From Candidatus Woesearchaeota archaeon (GTDB lineage: Archaea > Nanobdellota > Nanobdellia > Pacearchaeales > GW2011-AR1), in NCBI GenBank assembly GCA_964514585.1, contig CAZETU010000004.1, positions 10,031 through 74,030 on the forward strand: a stretch of DNA of 64,000 nucleotides, read 5' to 3'. Shown here piece by piece: positions 55,475-63,633 of this stretch. Numbering within the stretch: the first letter of the stretch is position 1; each line of letters starts with the position of its first letter. The notes below the pieces were generated by a model that worked only from the letters and a program-made list of their open reading frames with translations, ran no database searches and was not told where the DNA came from. Position numbers and translations under genes: made by a program.

Positions 55475-55993
55475 ATGACAATAAAAGCAAACCTAACATC
55501 GGAAAAAATCACATCAAATACAGCTGAAGCTCAAAATTTATTTTCAACAAGAAGATTTGGAGAAAAAGACGGAGAAAAAATCTTGTATTCAATCTTCGAA
55601 ACACTATTCCTAATTCAAGACAAAAAAATGGAAATCCACGACTTCCGAGATAAAAAATTAACCAAAAAAGAAATCTTAAAACGCTTCGAAAAAATAGATA
55701 AAAAATTCCATACAAAATACCTCGTCTTCAAAGACTTAAGAAAAAAAGGGTACATCGTAAAGACCGCTCTAAAATTTGGAGCAGAATTCAGAGTCTACGA
55801 AAAAGGAACAAAAGTCGGCAAGAGCCATTCCAAATGGATATGCTTCCCAGTCTCGCAGAGAGAAGTATCAACATGGCAAGATTTCGTAGCTAAAAACCGA
55901 GTCGCACACTCAACAAAAAAGAACCTCCTAATAGCAATCGTAGACGACGAAGGAGACATCTCATACTTCGAAATCAAATGGACTAGAACATAA
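55475..55993 (+). CDS. endA: tRNA-splicing endonuclease (short homotetramer-type)
   Basis: 172 aa, with YLVFKDLRKKGYIVKTALKFGAEFRVYEKG..HSKW catalytic-domain pattern. Confidence 0.85.
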   Translation: MTIKANLTSEKITSNTAEAQNLFSTRRFGEKDGEKILYSIFETLFLIQDKKMEIHDFRDKKLTKKEILKRFEKIDKKFHTKYLVFKDLRKKGYIVKTALKFGAEFRVYEKGTKVGKSHSKWICFPVSQREVSTWQDFVAKNRVAHSTKKNLLIAIVDDEGDISYFEIKWTRT

Positions 55994-56041
55994 CTCTTCG
56001 AACACAAAAAACCTTATAACTTCTAACAATCTCTAAATTTC

Positions 56042-56968
56042 ATGATAGATGTCGAAGATAAAAAACAAAGAATACTTTCATTCTTAGAACAAAACGGACC
56101 CTCTCTCCCAGTCAGAATTGCAAAAACAATCCAAATGGACCCAATCTTCGCATCCGCAATTTTATCAGAACTCTTAGGCGCGCACAAAATCAAAATGAGC
56201 CACATGAAAATCGGCGCCTCCCCCCTCTATCTAATCCCAGGACAAGAGAAACAATTAGAAAAATACACTGAACACCTAAAATCGGCCGAAAAAGAAGCTT
56301 ATAACAAACTCAAGAAAGGAGAAAAATTAACAGACAAAAACGAAGAACCAGCAACAAGAGTAGCCCTAAGAAGTATCAAAGATTTCGCAATACCCTTCAA
56401 ATTAAACGAAGAAATAATGTGGGAATACGCATTTAAGCCAGAAATCCCAAAAGAAACTCCAAAAGAAGAAGAGCCAGAAACAAGACCAGTCCAAGAAACT
56501 GAAAAAATCCCCAAACCTGAACCAGTCGAAGAAGAGCCAGAAACAAAAATAAAAGAAGAACAAAAACCAGAAGAAAATCAGAAACCAGGAAAAGAGCCAG
56601 AACAAAAATCTTTAGAACCAATATTTGAAGAAAAAAACGAAGAACCAAAGCCAGAATTTTTAAATGAGGTCAAAGAATTTTTAGAAAATAAAAAAATAGA
56701 GTTCTTAGAGGAAATCCAATCAGAAAAAAAAGAAATAGTCGCCAAAGTAAGTATTAATTCAACCCTTGGAGAAATGCACTTCCTTATGATTGCCAAAAAC
56801 AAAAAGACAATCTCCAGAGAAGAAATTAACGCATCAGTTCAAAGGGCAAGATATAACAAAATGCCCTGTCTACTCATTCTCAAAAAAGAACCATCAAAAA
56901 CAATACAAACTCTAATTGAGGAAAATCACCTAATAAAATTAGAAATAATGTCAAACGAAGAACCATAA
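56042..56968 (+). CDS. winged-helix protein with long Lys/Glu/Pro-rich linker
   Basis: N-terminal RILSFLEQNGPSLPVRIAKTIQMDPIFASAILSELL is wHTH-like. A central EPE/KPE low-complexity stretch is followed by a C-terminal globular part. Confidence 0.5.
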   Translation: MIDVEDKKQRILSFLEQNGPSLPVRIAKTIQMDPIFASAILSELLGAHKIKMSHMKIGASPLYLIPGQEKQLEKYTEHLKSAEKEAYNKLKKGEKLTDKNEEPATRVALRSIKDFAIPFKLNEEIMWEYAFKPEIPKETPKEEEPETRPVQETEKIPKPEPVEEEPETKIKEEQKPEENQKPGKEPEQKSLEPIFEEKNEEPKPEFLNEVKEFLENKKIEFLEEIQSEKKEIVAKVSINSTLGEMHFLMIAKNKKTISREEINASVQRARYNKMPCLLILKKEPSKTIQTLIEENHLIKLEIMSNEEP

Positions 56969-56999
56969 TACTTTTAAACCCAAAATAATACCCTTAAAC

Positions 57000-57203
57000 A
57001 TGGGAAGAATAAAATCGACACTAATCAAAAGAACTTCAAGACAGTTAATTGTAAATTCGACAGAATCATTCGGAAAAACATTCGAAGAAAATAAAAAAGC
57101 ACTTGGAAGCATACTTCCATCAAAGAAGATGAGAAACAAAGTAGCCGGTTATATTGCACGGATCAAAAGAAACACAAAGACAATCATCGACGACAATGAA
57201 TAA
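57000..57203 (+). CDS. rps17e: ribosomal protein eS17
   Basis: MGRIKSTLIKRTSRQL... is typical of an eS17 N-terminus. Confidence 0.85.
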   Translation: MGRIKSTLIKRTSRQLIVNSTESFGKTFEENKKALGSILPSKKMRNKVAGYIARIKRNTKTIIDDNE

Positions 57204-57507
57204 TAAAATGACAGAAGAAACAATAAAAACAAGCGAAAATTATATTTTTATCGGGGGGAAACCCTTTATGAATTACATTACTGGAGTAGTTATGCAATTC
57301 AACAACAACAAAGCCAACGAAGTAACAATCAAAGCTAGAGGAAAATTTATTTCCAAGGCAGTCGATGTTGCAGAAGTTGCACGAAGAAAATTCTTAACAG
57401 AGCTAAACGTAAAAGTTAAAGAAGTTAGAATCGGAAGCGAAGAATTCGAAAACAAAGAAGGTAAAATGGTTAACGTTTCCACTCTTGAAATCGTTCTAAC
57501 AAGATAA
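57196..57507 (+). CDS. albA: chromatin/RNA-binding protein Alba
   Basis: Start trimmed to MNNKM. NYIFIGGKPFMNYITGVVMQFN....V.IKARGKFISKAVDVAEVARRKF matches the Alba core. Confidence 0.85.
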   Translation: MNNKMTEETIKTSENYIFIGGKPFMNYITGVVMQFNNNKANEVTIKARGKFISKAVDVAEVARRKFLTELNVKVKEVRIGSEEFENKEGKMVNVSTLEIVLTR

Positions 57508-57777
57508 TTACTTCTTTTTCTTTCTAGATTTTTTACTACTTTTCAAAAGAGTATCTAATTTTTTATCAATAACATCAACTTTCTTCTCGATACGGACAAC
57601 TCTCCTATGCCTTCTCCAATTCAAAAAAGCCATGACAACAGCATAACAAACATAAACAATAAACGCAATTCCAACAGCCTTCAATATCGTAGCCAGCCCA
57701 GAAAAACTTTCAACAATTTGAGGAGGTAAATCCACAAATGCATCAGTAAAATTAATCATCCCCTCACTTATAGCCAT
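57508..57777 (-). CDS. small membrane protein with basic C-terminal tail
   Basis: The track ORF is trimmed (its 5' part overlaps a tRNA). MAISEGMINF..., one or two TM segments, and tail KSSKKSRKKKK. Confidence 0.4.
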   Translation of the reverse strand: MAISEGMINFTDAFVDLPPQIVESFSGLATILKAVGIAFIVYVCYAVVMAFLNWRRHRRVVRIEKKVDVIDKKLDTLLKSSKKSRKKKK

Positions 57778-57819
57778 AACTGCAAAAAGAAACCTCACTA
57801 TTAAAACGTTATCATTAAA

Positions 57820-57891
57820 TGGCTCTAGGGAGTGCTGACCTCCCGGCCTCCGCCTCATGAGAGCGGCGCTCTACCGCTGAGCTATAGAGCC
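57820..57891 (-). tRNA. tRNA with CAU anticodon (Met elongator or Ile2), non-canonical loops
   Basis: 72 nt. Acceptor ggctcta/tagagcc, anticodon arm ccgct-ctCATga-ggcgg, T arm gggag-gtcagca-ctccc. Confidence 0.75.
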
Positions 57892-57910
57892 ATACAAAGA
57901 ACTAAGAATT

Positions 57911-59260
57911 TTAATTTAAAAGACTTCCGCTAAGAAAAAATCCATTCAACCAATCATTAAATCTAGTCCACCATGACTTCCCAACAAATTCAGTATCCTT
58001 ATATTTTTCCTCACAAGAAATACAACTACCTCCACAATCAACGCCCTCCTCGGCACCGTTCATTAGCCCATCAAAGCACTCATCGCAGTAAAGACTATTA
58101 TCCTCATCGTCCAAACGAATGTTTAAAGACGGATTGTCCTCAGAACCCTCATTGATACGAGCAATCAGCTTACCGTCCAATTTATTATAAACCCCAATAA
58201 AACCAACACCACACTTCACAAACCTATCAGTATAAATATCAATACTAACAGAACAAGTCTTACTCTCCTCTTTTCCAGGAACACAAGAATTTTCATCAAC
58301 ACAAATCCTGGATTTAACACCAGTAAGCTCTTGAATCTGATCCAAAGAATCCAAATCATCAAAAGTATAATCAACATTACAAATAGTCCAATCCCCACAC
58401 TGAACATCTGGAACGCAATCCTTGCTAACATCACACTCCAATTTCTTAGGAATCTTAAAACTCGTCCCACATTTATTCAAATCAACACAAGTAGGTGTAA
58501 CATAACCACCATTACACTCAGACCACTCACACTGCCAATCTTCAACACAAGCACCATCGCAATAACGGACACTGTCCGGAACATCCGTAGGAATAAAACA
58601 ATCTTTTTTATCCTCGCAAGATCTCCTTTGAACCCCATCAACACATTCCTCCCAATTGCTACAATCCCAATTAGAGGCACACTGTGATTTCCATATTCTT
58701 TCCCTATCAACAATATCCAAAGAAAAAATATCAGAAGTCTGATCTATAAGACGAACAATATCAATAAAATCCTCAACTCCCACTCCAGGCAACGGACTTA
58801 TAGTAACATCAAAATCATCACCATGGATACCAGTCGGACAATATGTAACAAATAACCTTCTAGAATTCTCACAAACAGGCTTAGAAAAATCTTTTTTAAC
58901 CGTCAAAACAACATCAATGTTCTGAGGATTTTTCAAGGCAGGAATTTTATAAGCTCCAACATCACTTCGGTCAGGAACATCGTCCAACTTATATGATTGC
59001 CCCGCCTCGTCAAAAAACGAAACCTTCAACTGATTTATTTCGTAAGGATCCTGTGCTCTCTTAAGCTTCAAAAAAATATTCTTAGAATAAGCATCGTAAC
59101 AAGCATCGTAAACAAAACTAGGATCATTATTCACATCAACACACTTCTCTTCTGGCGATGCCGGCTCGCCAAAAAACAAATCAAAAAGAAAAACAGAAAA
59201 AATAGCTACAATTACCAATAAGATAAGCATATTTAACAAGCCAAAAAATTTCCTTCTCAT
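57911..59260 (-). CDS. membrane-anchored Cys-rich exported protein (449 aa)
   Basis: N-terminal TM helix. More than 35 Cys in repeated C-x-D/E-W-x-C-like units (CSNWEEC, CEWSEC, CGDWTIC). Confidence 0.55.
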   Translation of the reverse strand: MRRKFFGLLNMLILLVIVAIFSVFLFDLFFGEPASPEEKCVDVNNDPSFVYDACYDAYSKNIFLKLKRAQDPYEINQLKVSFFDEAGQSYKLDDVPDRSDVGAYKIPALKNPQNIDVVLTVKKDFSKPVCENSRRLFVTYCPTGIHGDDFDVTISPLPGVGVEDFIDIVRLIDQTSDIFSLDIVDRERIWKSQCASNWDCSNWEECVDGVQRRSCEDKKDCFIPTDVPDSVRYCDGACVEDWQCEWSECNGGYVTPTCVDLNKCGTSFKIPKKLECDVSKDCVPDVQCGDWTICNVDYTFDDLDSLDQIQELTGVKSRICVDENSCVPGKEESKTCSVSIDIYTDRFVKCGVGFIGVYNKLDGKLIARINEGSEDNPSLNIRLDDEDNSLYCDECFDGLMNGAEEGVDCGGSCISCEEKYKDTEFVGKSWWTRFNDWLNGFFLSGSLLN

Positions 59261-60354
59261 CTAAACCCCAACCTTCCCAGAAGGCCTTTCCTCCTTTTAA
59301 CTCTAACGGCCATAAGCCTAGCACGCCTTTCTTCATCCATTTCCCTTCTATTAAACATTTCTGGATTATTTATTTCCATCGCTTTCTCTCTTTCAAACGC
59401 AATCCTGGCTTCTCGAGACTTTTCCTTAGCAGCCCTAGCCCTCAAATTCCTTCTTCTCTTGGCCTCAGCACGAGCAGCCCGTTCTTTCTCTTTAATCTCA
59501 CGAGAATAATCCTTAGCAATTTTCTTATCAACAACAACATCAATCTTCCTCTTGTTACCAACACTCAAAATCTTCTCACGAGTCTCACGAGTCTTACGCA
59601 ACTTCTCATTCTCCAACTCCAACTTCTTCATCTTCTCTACTAACTCTTTCTCCAACCTTTCTCTCTCCTTAGAAATATCCTCATGCCCAGTAGCAACTTT
59701 CACTTTCTTATCCTCATGATGCTTCCTAATCCAACCACCTTTCTTGAAAACAGAAAACAAAGACTCATGCTCCTCCTCAACCTCTTTCCTCTTCTCAACC
59801 TTCTTCTCAACAGGCTTAGACTTAGAAACAAGTTTTTTAGAACCCTTACCACTGCCAAACAATTTATCAACCTTGCCAAAAAAAGAAACAGGAACAACCT
59901 GATCAGTCTGTTCTTTTTGCTGAGCTGCAATAATAAGCAAATTCGCAAGCAACCTAATTCTTTGATCGGTCAATTCACCCTTAGAATAATAAGTATCAAA
60001 CATCGCTTTACAAAACTCAAGATCTTTCTCCTCTTTATTTTTTTCAAAATTTTCAATTAAAGCAGAATAGGTAGAATTCAACGGTGTTCCAAAAGTTTGC
60101 TTAAAGTATTTCTTAGCAGCCCCATTAATAATTTCCAATTTCTCCCTCGCAGATTTATTAGACAAAACCTTCTTTCTCATTTTCTCGACGGGAGATTCTT
60201 CAGACAATTTTTGAACAAGAACAGCCTTCTTTCTTTTCAACATAATTTCAACAAAAGTAAGGATCGCTGCCACAAAAATCGCGACTAACAAAAAGCCCAG
60301 TAAAAACTTCAGACGACTGTCAAACATCAACGGAATCAATGAATACCACCCCAT
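59257..60354 (-). CDS. membrane-anchored charged coiled-coil protein
   Basis: An N-terminal TM pair is followed by a long K/E/R-rich helical region. The stop overlaps the start of the downstream Cys-rich gene (4 nt). Confidence 0.5.
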   Translation of the reverse strand: MGWYSLIPLMFDSRLKFLLGFLLVAIFVAAILTFVEIMLKRKKAVLVQKLSEESPVEKMRKKVLSNKSAREKLEIINGAAKKYFKQTFGTPLNSTYSALIENFEKNKEEKDLEFCKAMFDTYYSKGELTDQRIRLLANLLIIAAQQKEQTDQVVPVSFFGKVDKLFGSGKGSKKLVSKSKPVEKKVEKRKEVEEEHESLFSVFKKGGWIRKHHEDKKVKVATGHEDISKERERLEKELVEKMKKLELENEKLRKTRETREKILSVGNKRKIDVVVDKKIAKDYSREIKEKERAARAEAKRRRNLRARAAKEKSREARIAFEREKAMEINNPEMFNRREMDEERRARLMAVRVKRRKGLLGRLGFR

Positions 60355-60445
60355 AAAAACTATACAACATTTGTATATAAAAAGGTTACTTAATCCCGAA
60401 CATAAAAAACTAAATCTTTAAAAACTATGGTCATCGAATAAAGAC

Positions 60446-60691
60446 ATGGTAAACGGAATCGAAAGACCTTTGGATTTGCTGAATTCGGCAAAAGGTAAAG
60501 AGATTTTAGTGCAGCTGAAAACTGGCAAACAATTTGTCGGAACTTTGCTCGCATTCGACATCCACATCAACGTGGTTCTCGACAACGCGAAAGAAGTTGA
60601 AAACGGAGAACAAACAACGAGCTACGGCTTGACGTTTCTAAGAGGAGATACAATTATCTTCATCTCACCGTCATCAGCGGCTAAAGCTTAA
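60446..60691 (+). CDS. archaeal Sm-like (LSm) protein
   Basis: Sm1/Sm2 pattern: ILVQLKTGKQFVGTLLAFDIHINVVLDNAKEV....RGDTIIFISP. Confidence 0.85.
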   Translation: MVNGIERPLDLLNSAKGKEILVQLKTGKQFVGTLLAFDIHINVVLDNAKEVENGEQTTSYGLTFLRGDTIIFISPSSAAKA

Positions 60692-60798
60692 ATGAGCGTT
60701 TTATCCGATTAATTTCGCAGGATAAGAATTCTCAAAACTTTACAACTAGTCTTAACTCTAAAAGAATAATCTAAACTAAACATAGTCACAACTTTAAG

Positions 60799-60996
60799 CT
60801 ACTTTCTAAGCTTCAAAAACAAACCCAATATACCAATCAACAAAAACATCACACCAAGAAGAGAACTTCCAGAAAAAGAAGACCCACCAATAACATTACC
60901 AGTAATATTTATACCAACAATAACAATCCCCGCTCCAATAAAAAAAAGAAAAATTATCAAAGTAAAATACGCAACCAAAAATCCATTCTTAGCCAT
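60799..60996 (-). CDS. two-TM protein, NITGNV family, copy 1 (shortest)
   Basis: MAKNGF...GINITGNVIGGSSFSGSSLLGVMFLLIGILGLFLKLRK. Confidence 0.55.
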   Translation of the reverse strand: MAKNGFLVAYFTLIIFLFFIGAGIVIVGINITGNVIGGSSFSGSSLLGVMFLLIGILGLFLKLRK

Positions 60997-61063
60997 AACA
61001 AACAATACCTAAACAATTATTTAAATTCTCCTAAAAGTCCAAACAAACATAATTTATTTAAAA

Positions 61064-61327
61064 TCACTTTCTAAATCTCAAAAATAACCCCAATGCACCA
61101 ATCAACAAAAATATAATACCAATAAGAGAGTTCCCAGAAAGAGAAGATTCTCTAACGACATTCCCAGTAATATTTGAACCAACAATAAAGACCCCAACCC
61201 CAAAAAAAACGAGAAGAATTGTCATAGAAAAATATTTTTTTACAGGAGCCTCTTGTCTCTTAGCCTCCGCTGCAACATAACTATCAATCGAAACATTCTC
61301 ACTATTAGATTCCGATCCCCCAACCAT
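61064..61327 (-). CDS. two-TM protein, NITGNV family, copy 2
   Basis: MVGGSE...GSNITGNVVRESSLSGNSLIGIIFLLIGALGLFLRFRK. Confidence 0.55.
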   Translation of the reverse strand: MVGGSESNSENVSIDSYVAAEAKRQEAPVKKYFSMTILLVFFGVGVFIVGSNITGNVVRESSLSGNSLIGIIFLLIGALGLFLRFRK

Positions 61328-61361
61328 AGCAAACAACACCCAAACAATTATTTAAATTTTC

Positions 61362-61409
61362 CTAAAACGAATCTCATACAAATCCTCAACAACTCGCACA
61401 TTCTCAAAA
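61362..61409 (-). pseudogene. remnant of the RNase Z 3' end
   Basis: The minus strand translates FENVRVVEDLYEIRF*, compared with the intact rnz C-terminus FENVRVVEDLDEISF* at 61919-61966. The intergenic sequence after it is also duplicated. Confidence 0.75.
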
Positions 61410-61416
61410 AATAACC

Positions 61417-61884
61417 TCAATTTCTAAGTTTCAAAAACAAACCTAATATCCCAATCAACAAAAACATAATACCAATAAGAGAACTGCCCGAGAAAGAAGA
61501 CTCTCCGACAACATTCCCAGTAATATTCACTCCAAAAATAGAAACACCAAGTCCTACAAAAATAAGAAAAACCGCCGTAGGAAAATATCTCCTTAAAGAA
61601 CTCTCTTGCCCCTTAATCTCTGCCGCGACATAATCACCGATTGAACGCTGCCATCCTTGAGATTCTAGATACGCCTTCGAAGTATCATATCCAGCCCTAA
61701 TACTTTCTGCACTCAATTTATTAAGCACTACCTCCTTGGGCATCTCATTCCTTTTCGCAACAACTGCCATTCTATCTCTAACATTAGCAGCCTTCTCTTT
61801 TTTTCCTTCATCAAAAGCCGTTCTAGCCTCAATATCCATATCAGCCAATTGATCTTCAATAGACTCCCTCTTTCCTTTAGCCAT
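61417..61884 (-). CDS. two-TM protein, NITGNV family, copy 3 (longest, with helical N-terminal extension)
   Basis: MAKGKRES...GVNITGNVVGESSFSGSSLIGIMFLLIGILGLFLKLRN. Confidence 0.6.
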   Translation of the reverse strand: MAKGKRESIEDQLADMDIEARTAFDEGKKEKAANVRDRMAVVAKRNEMPKEVVLNKLSAESIRAGYDTSKAYLESQGWQRSIGDYVAAEIKGQESSLRRYFPTAVFLIFVGLGVSIFGVNITGNVVGESSFSGSSLIGIMFLLIGILGLFLKLRN

Positions 61885-61918
61885 AACAAACAATACTCAA
61901 ACAATTATTTAAATTCTT

Positions 61919-62827
61919 CTAAAACGAAATCTCATCCAAATCCTCAACAACTCGCACATTCTCAAAAACTTCTTTAGCCTCGTTCAAAATCACCTTAGGA
62001 ATCTCATCATACCTCTGACTCAAATGAACCAAAACCAAACTCTTAACTTTAGCTTTCTTAGCAATTTTCGCCGCATCAACAGAAGTCAAATGTCCATGCT
62101 CCGTCGCAATCTCCTGCTCTTCAACAGAATGATTCGCTTCACTGACCAAGACATCTGCCCCTTTAGCCAAACTAATAACCCTATCATTCTTCCGAGTATC
62201 CGTTACAAAAGCAACCTTTCTAGAATCTTCCTTGTACAGCAGTTTCTTCCCGTCAACTTTCTTCCCGTCAATTGTAACAGTTTTTCCCTTAACCAGCTCA
62301 GCTACCAATGGAGAATTCGGAATCTTCAACTTCTTCAACTTATCCTTATCCAACCGAGTCTTTTCCTTAACAGTAAAAGAATAATTCAAAGCAGAACAAT
62401 CATGATCAGCCTCAACAGCCTCGATAAAAAACTCATCATTCTCAAAAACAACTCCTGCCCCCACCTCCTTAACAACGACATCAAGCTTCTGTCCACTCAA
62501 AGGAACCAAATCAAAATATTGCCTAACCTTCTCACTAGTTCCCTTCGGCCCATAAATTTCCAACTTCTTATTATAACCATTCATCATCATTGTCATCCAA
62601 AGCCCAGGCAAACCCAAAACATGATCCCCATGCCAATGAGTAATCAAAATCTTAGTAATTTTACAAGGATTCAACTTAGCCTTCCGAAACTGCCGCTGCG
62701 TCCCCTCCCCACAATCAATCAAAATATTCTCCGCCTTAAACTGCAGAAGCATAGCTAAGTGATTCCGCCGCGCCGTAGGAATAGCACTCCCAGTTCCAAG
62801 GAAAGTCAAACTAATTTTCTCTACCAT
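61919..62827 (-). CDS. rnz: ribonuclease Z (tRNA 3' endonuclease)
   Basis: Metallo-beta-lactamase motif ITHWHGDHVLGLPG, N-terminus LTFLGTGSAIPT, 302 aa. Confidence 0.9.
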   Translation of the reverse strand: MVEKISLTFLGTGSAIPTARRNHLAMLLQFKAENILIDCGEGTQRQFRKAKLNPCKITKILITHWHGDHVLGLPGLWMTMMMNGYNKKLEIYGPKGTSEKVRQYFDLVPLSGQKLDVVVKEVGAGVVFENDEFFIEAVEADHDCSALNYSFTVKEKTRLDKDKLKKLKIPNSPLVAELVKGKTVTIDGKKVDGKKLLYKEDSRKVAFVTDTRKNDRVISLAKGADVLVSEANHSVEEQEIATEHGHLTSVDAAKIAKKAKVKSLVLVHLSQRYDEIPKVILNEAKEVFENVRVVEDLDEISF

Positions 62828-62898
62828 AAAATTATATAACTTCTTCCCTTATAACACTTATGAAACAAATTAAAAAATACAAATCTATAAATCCATTA

Positions 62899-63147
62899 TC
62901 ACGCAACAAGATACTTATAGAAAAAAAAACCAAAGCCAACCAAAAATAATATTAAACGTATAATCCAGGACATTACACCATGATAAAATACTTTAGGATT
63001 TTCATGCTTATATACACCATGAAATCCCCATAAACCAAGTGTCACATAACTTTTCCTTATTATCTTAAAATAAATATGATAAATTGGAATCAACGATAAA
63101 ACAGCAAATATAATTGCAATTGACAAAAATGGAGGTTCTATAACCAT
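62899..63147 (-). CDS. small membrane protein
   Basis: 82 aa with three hydrophobic segments. No motif recognised. Confidence 0.4.
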   Translation of the reverse strand: MVIEPPFLSIAIIFAVLSLIPIYHIYFKIIRKSYVTLGLWGFHGVYKHENPKVFYHGVMSWIIRLILFLVGFGFFFYKYLVA

Positions 63148-63207
63148 AACTATTATTAAACAAATTACACTTATATATCTATAGCCAAATCACTAAAATC
63201 TATCAAA

Positions 63208-63278
63208 AGCAGGTACTGGGATTCGCACCCAGGATCAGCGGGTTGCAGCCGCTTGCCTTACTGCTTGGCTATACCTGC
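63208..63278 (-). tRNA. tRNA-Cys (anticodon GCA)
   Basis: 71 nt. Acceptor gcaggta/tacctgc, discriminator U73, anticodon arm agcgg-ctGCAac-ccgct, T arm ctggg-tgcgaat-cccag. Confidence 0.85.
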
Positions 63279-63311
63279 ACAAATAAATAGAAACAAACTA
63301 GTTTTAAAATC

Positions 63312-63442
63312 ATTCGGTACTGGGATTCGCACCCAGGATTAGTGCGGTTGTAGAAAAAATTTCGCTTCGAGCAAAAAACTCAAAATAATATTTTGCGAGA
63401 TGCAAAATTTTTTAGCTTGCCTTACTACTTGGCTACCCCTGC
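63312..63442 (-). pseudogene. tRNA-Cys-like second copy, interrupted at the anticodon arm by a 63-nt AT-rich insertion and with a non-pairing acceptor stem
   Basis: The 5' 28 nt (GCAGGGGTAGCCAAGTAGTAAGGCAAGC) and 3' ~36 nt (ACAACCGCACTAATCCTGGGTGCGAATCCCAGTACC) match tRNA-Cys. The acceptor strands GCAGGGG and TACCGAA pair at only 3 of 7 positions. Confidence 0.6.
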
Positions 63443-63481
63443 ACAGAAAACTGAAATAAATAATTCTTTTAAACTTATCTA

Positions 63482-63556
63482 CGCGCCCGACAGGATTTGA
63501 ACCTGCGACCCCTTACTTAGAAGGCAAGTGCTCTATCCAGGCTGAGCTACGGGCGC
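63482..63556 (-). tRNA. tRNA-Arg (anticodon UCU)
   Basis: 75 nt. Acceptor gcgcccg/cgggcgc, anticodon arm cttgc-ctTCTaa-gtaag, T arm gcagg-ttcaaat-cctgt. Confidence 0.85.
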
Positions 63557-63577
63557 CTGAAATTAAAACCTAAAAAT

Positions 63578-63588
63578 CTTATATAAAG
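63578..63588 (-). promoter_or_regulatory. TATA-box-like element upstream of tRNA-Arg
   Basis: The minus strand reads CTTTATATAAG, 22-32 nt upstream of the tRNA 5' end. Confidence 0.35.
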
Positions 63589-63633
63589 TTATCCAATCCC
63601 AATTTTTATAAACCTTCACGCCTCTCTATAGCC

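Noticed and set aside
60799-61893. Regularly spaced repeated sequences, checked as a possible CRISPR-like array.
   Set aside because: The repeat units are ~270-560 bp, protein-coding and diverged. They are tandem paralogous genes, not short direct repeats with spacers. No CRISPR array or cas gene is visible anywhere in the window.
63208-63345. Direct repeat of the tRNA-Cys 3' half (ggtactgggattcgcacccaggat at 63212-63235 and 63316-63339), considered as attL/attR of an integrated element.
   Set aside because: The repeats are only ~100 bp apart with no integrase or cargo between them. The 5' half is duplicated as well, so a tandem gene duplication fits better.
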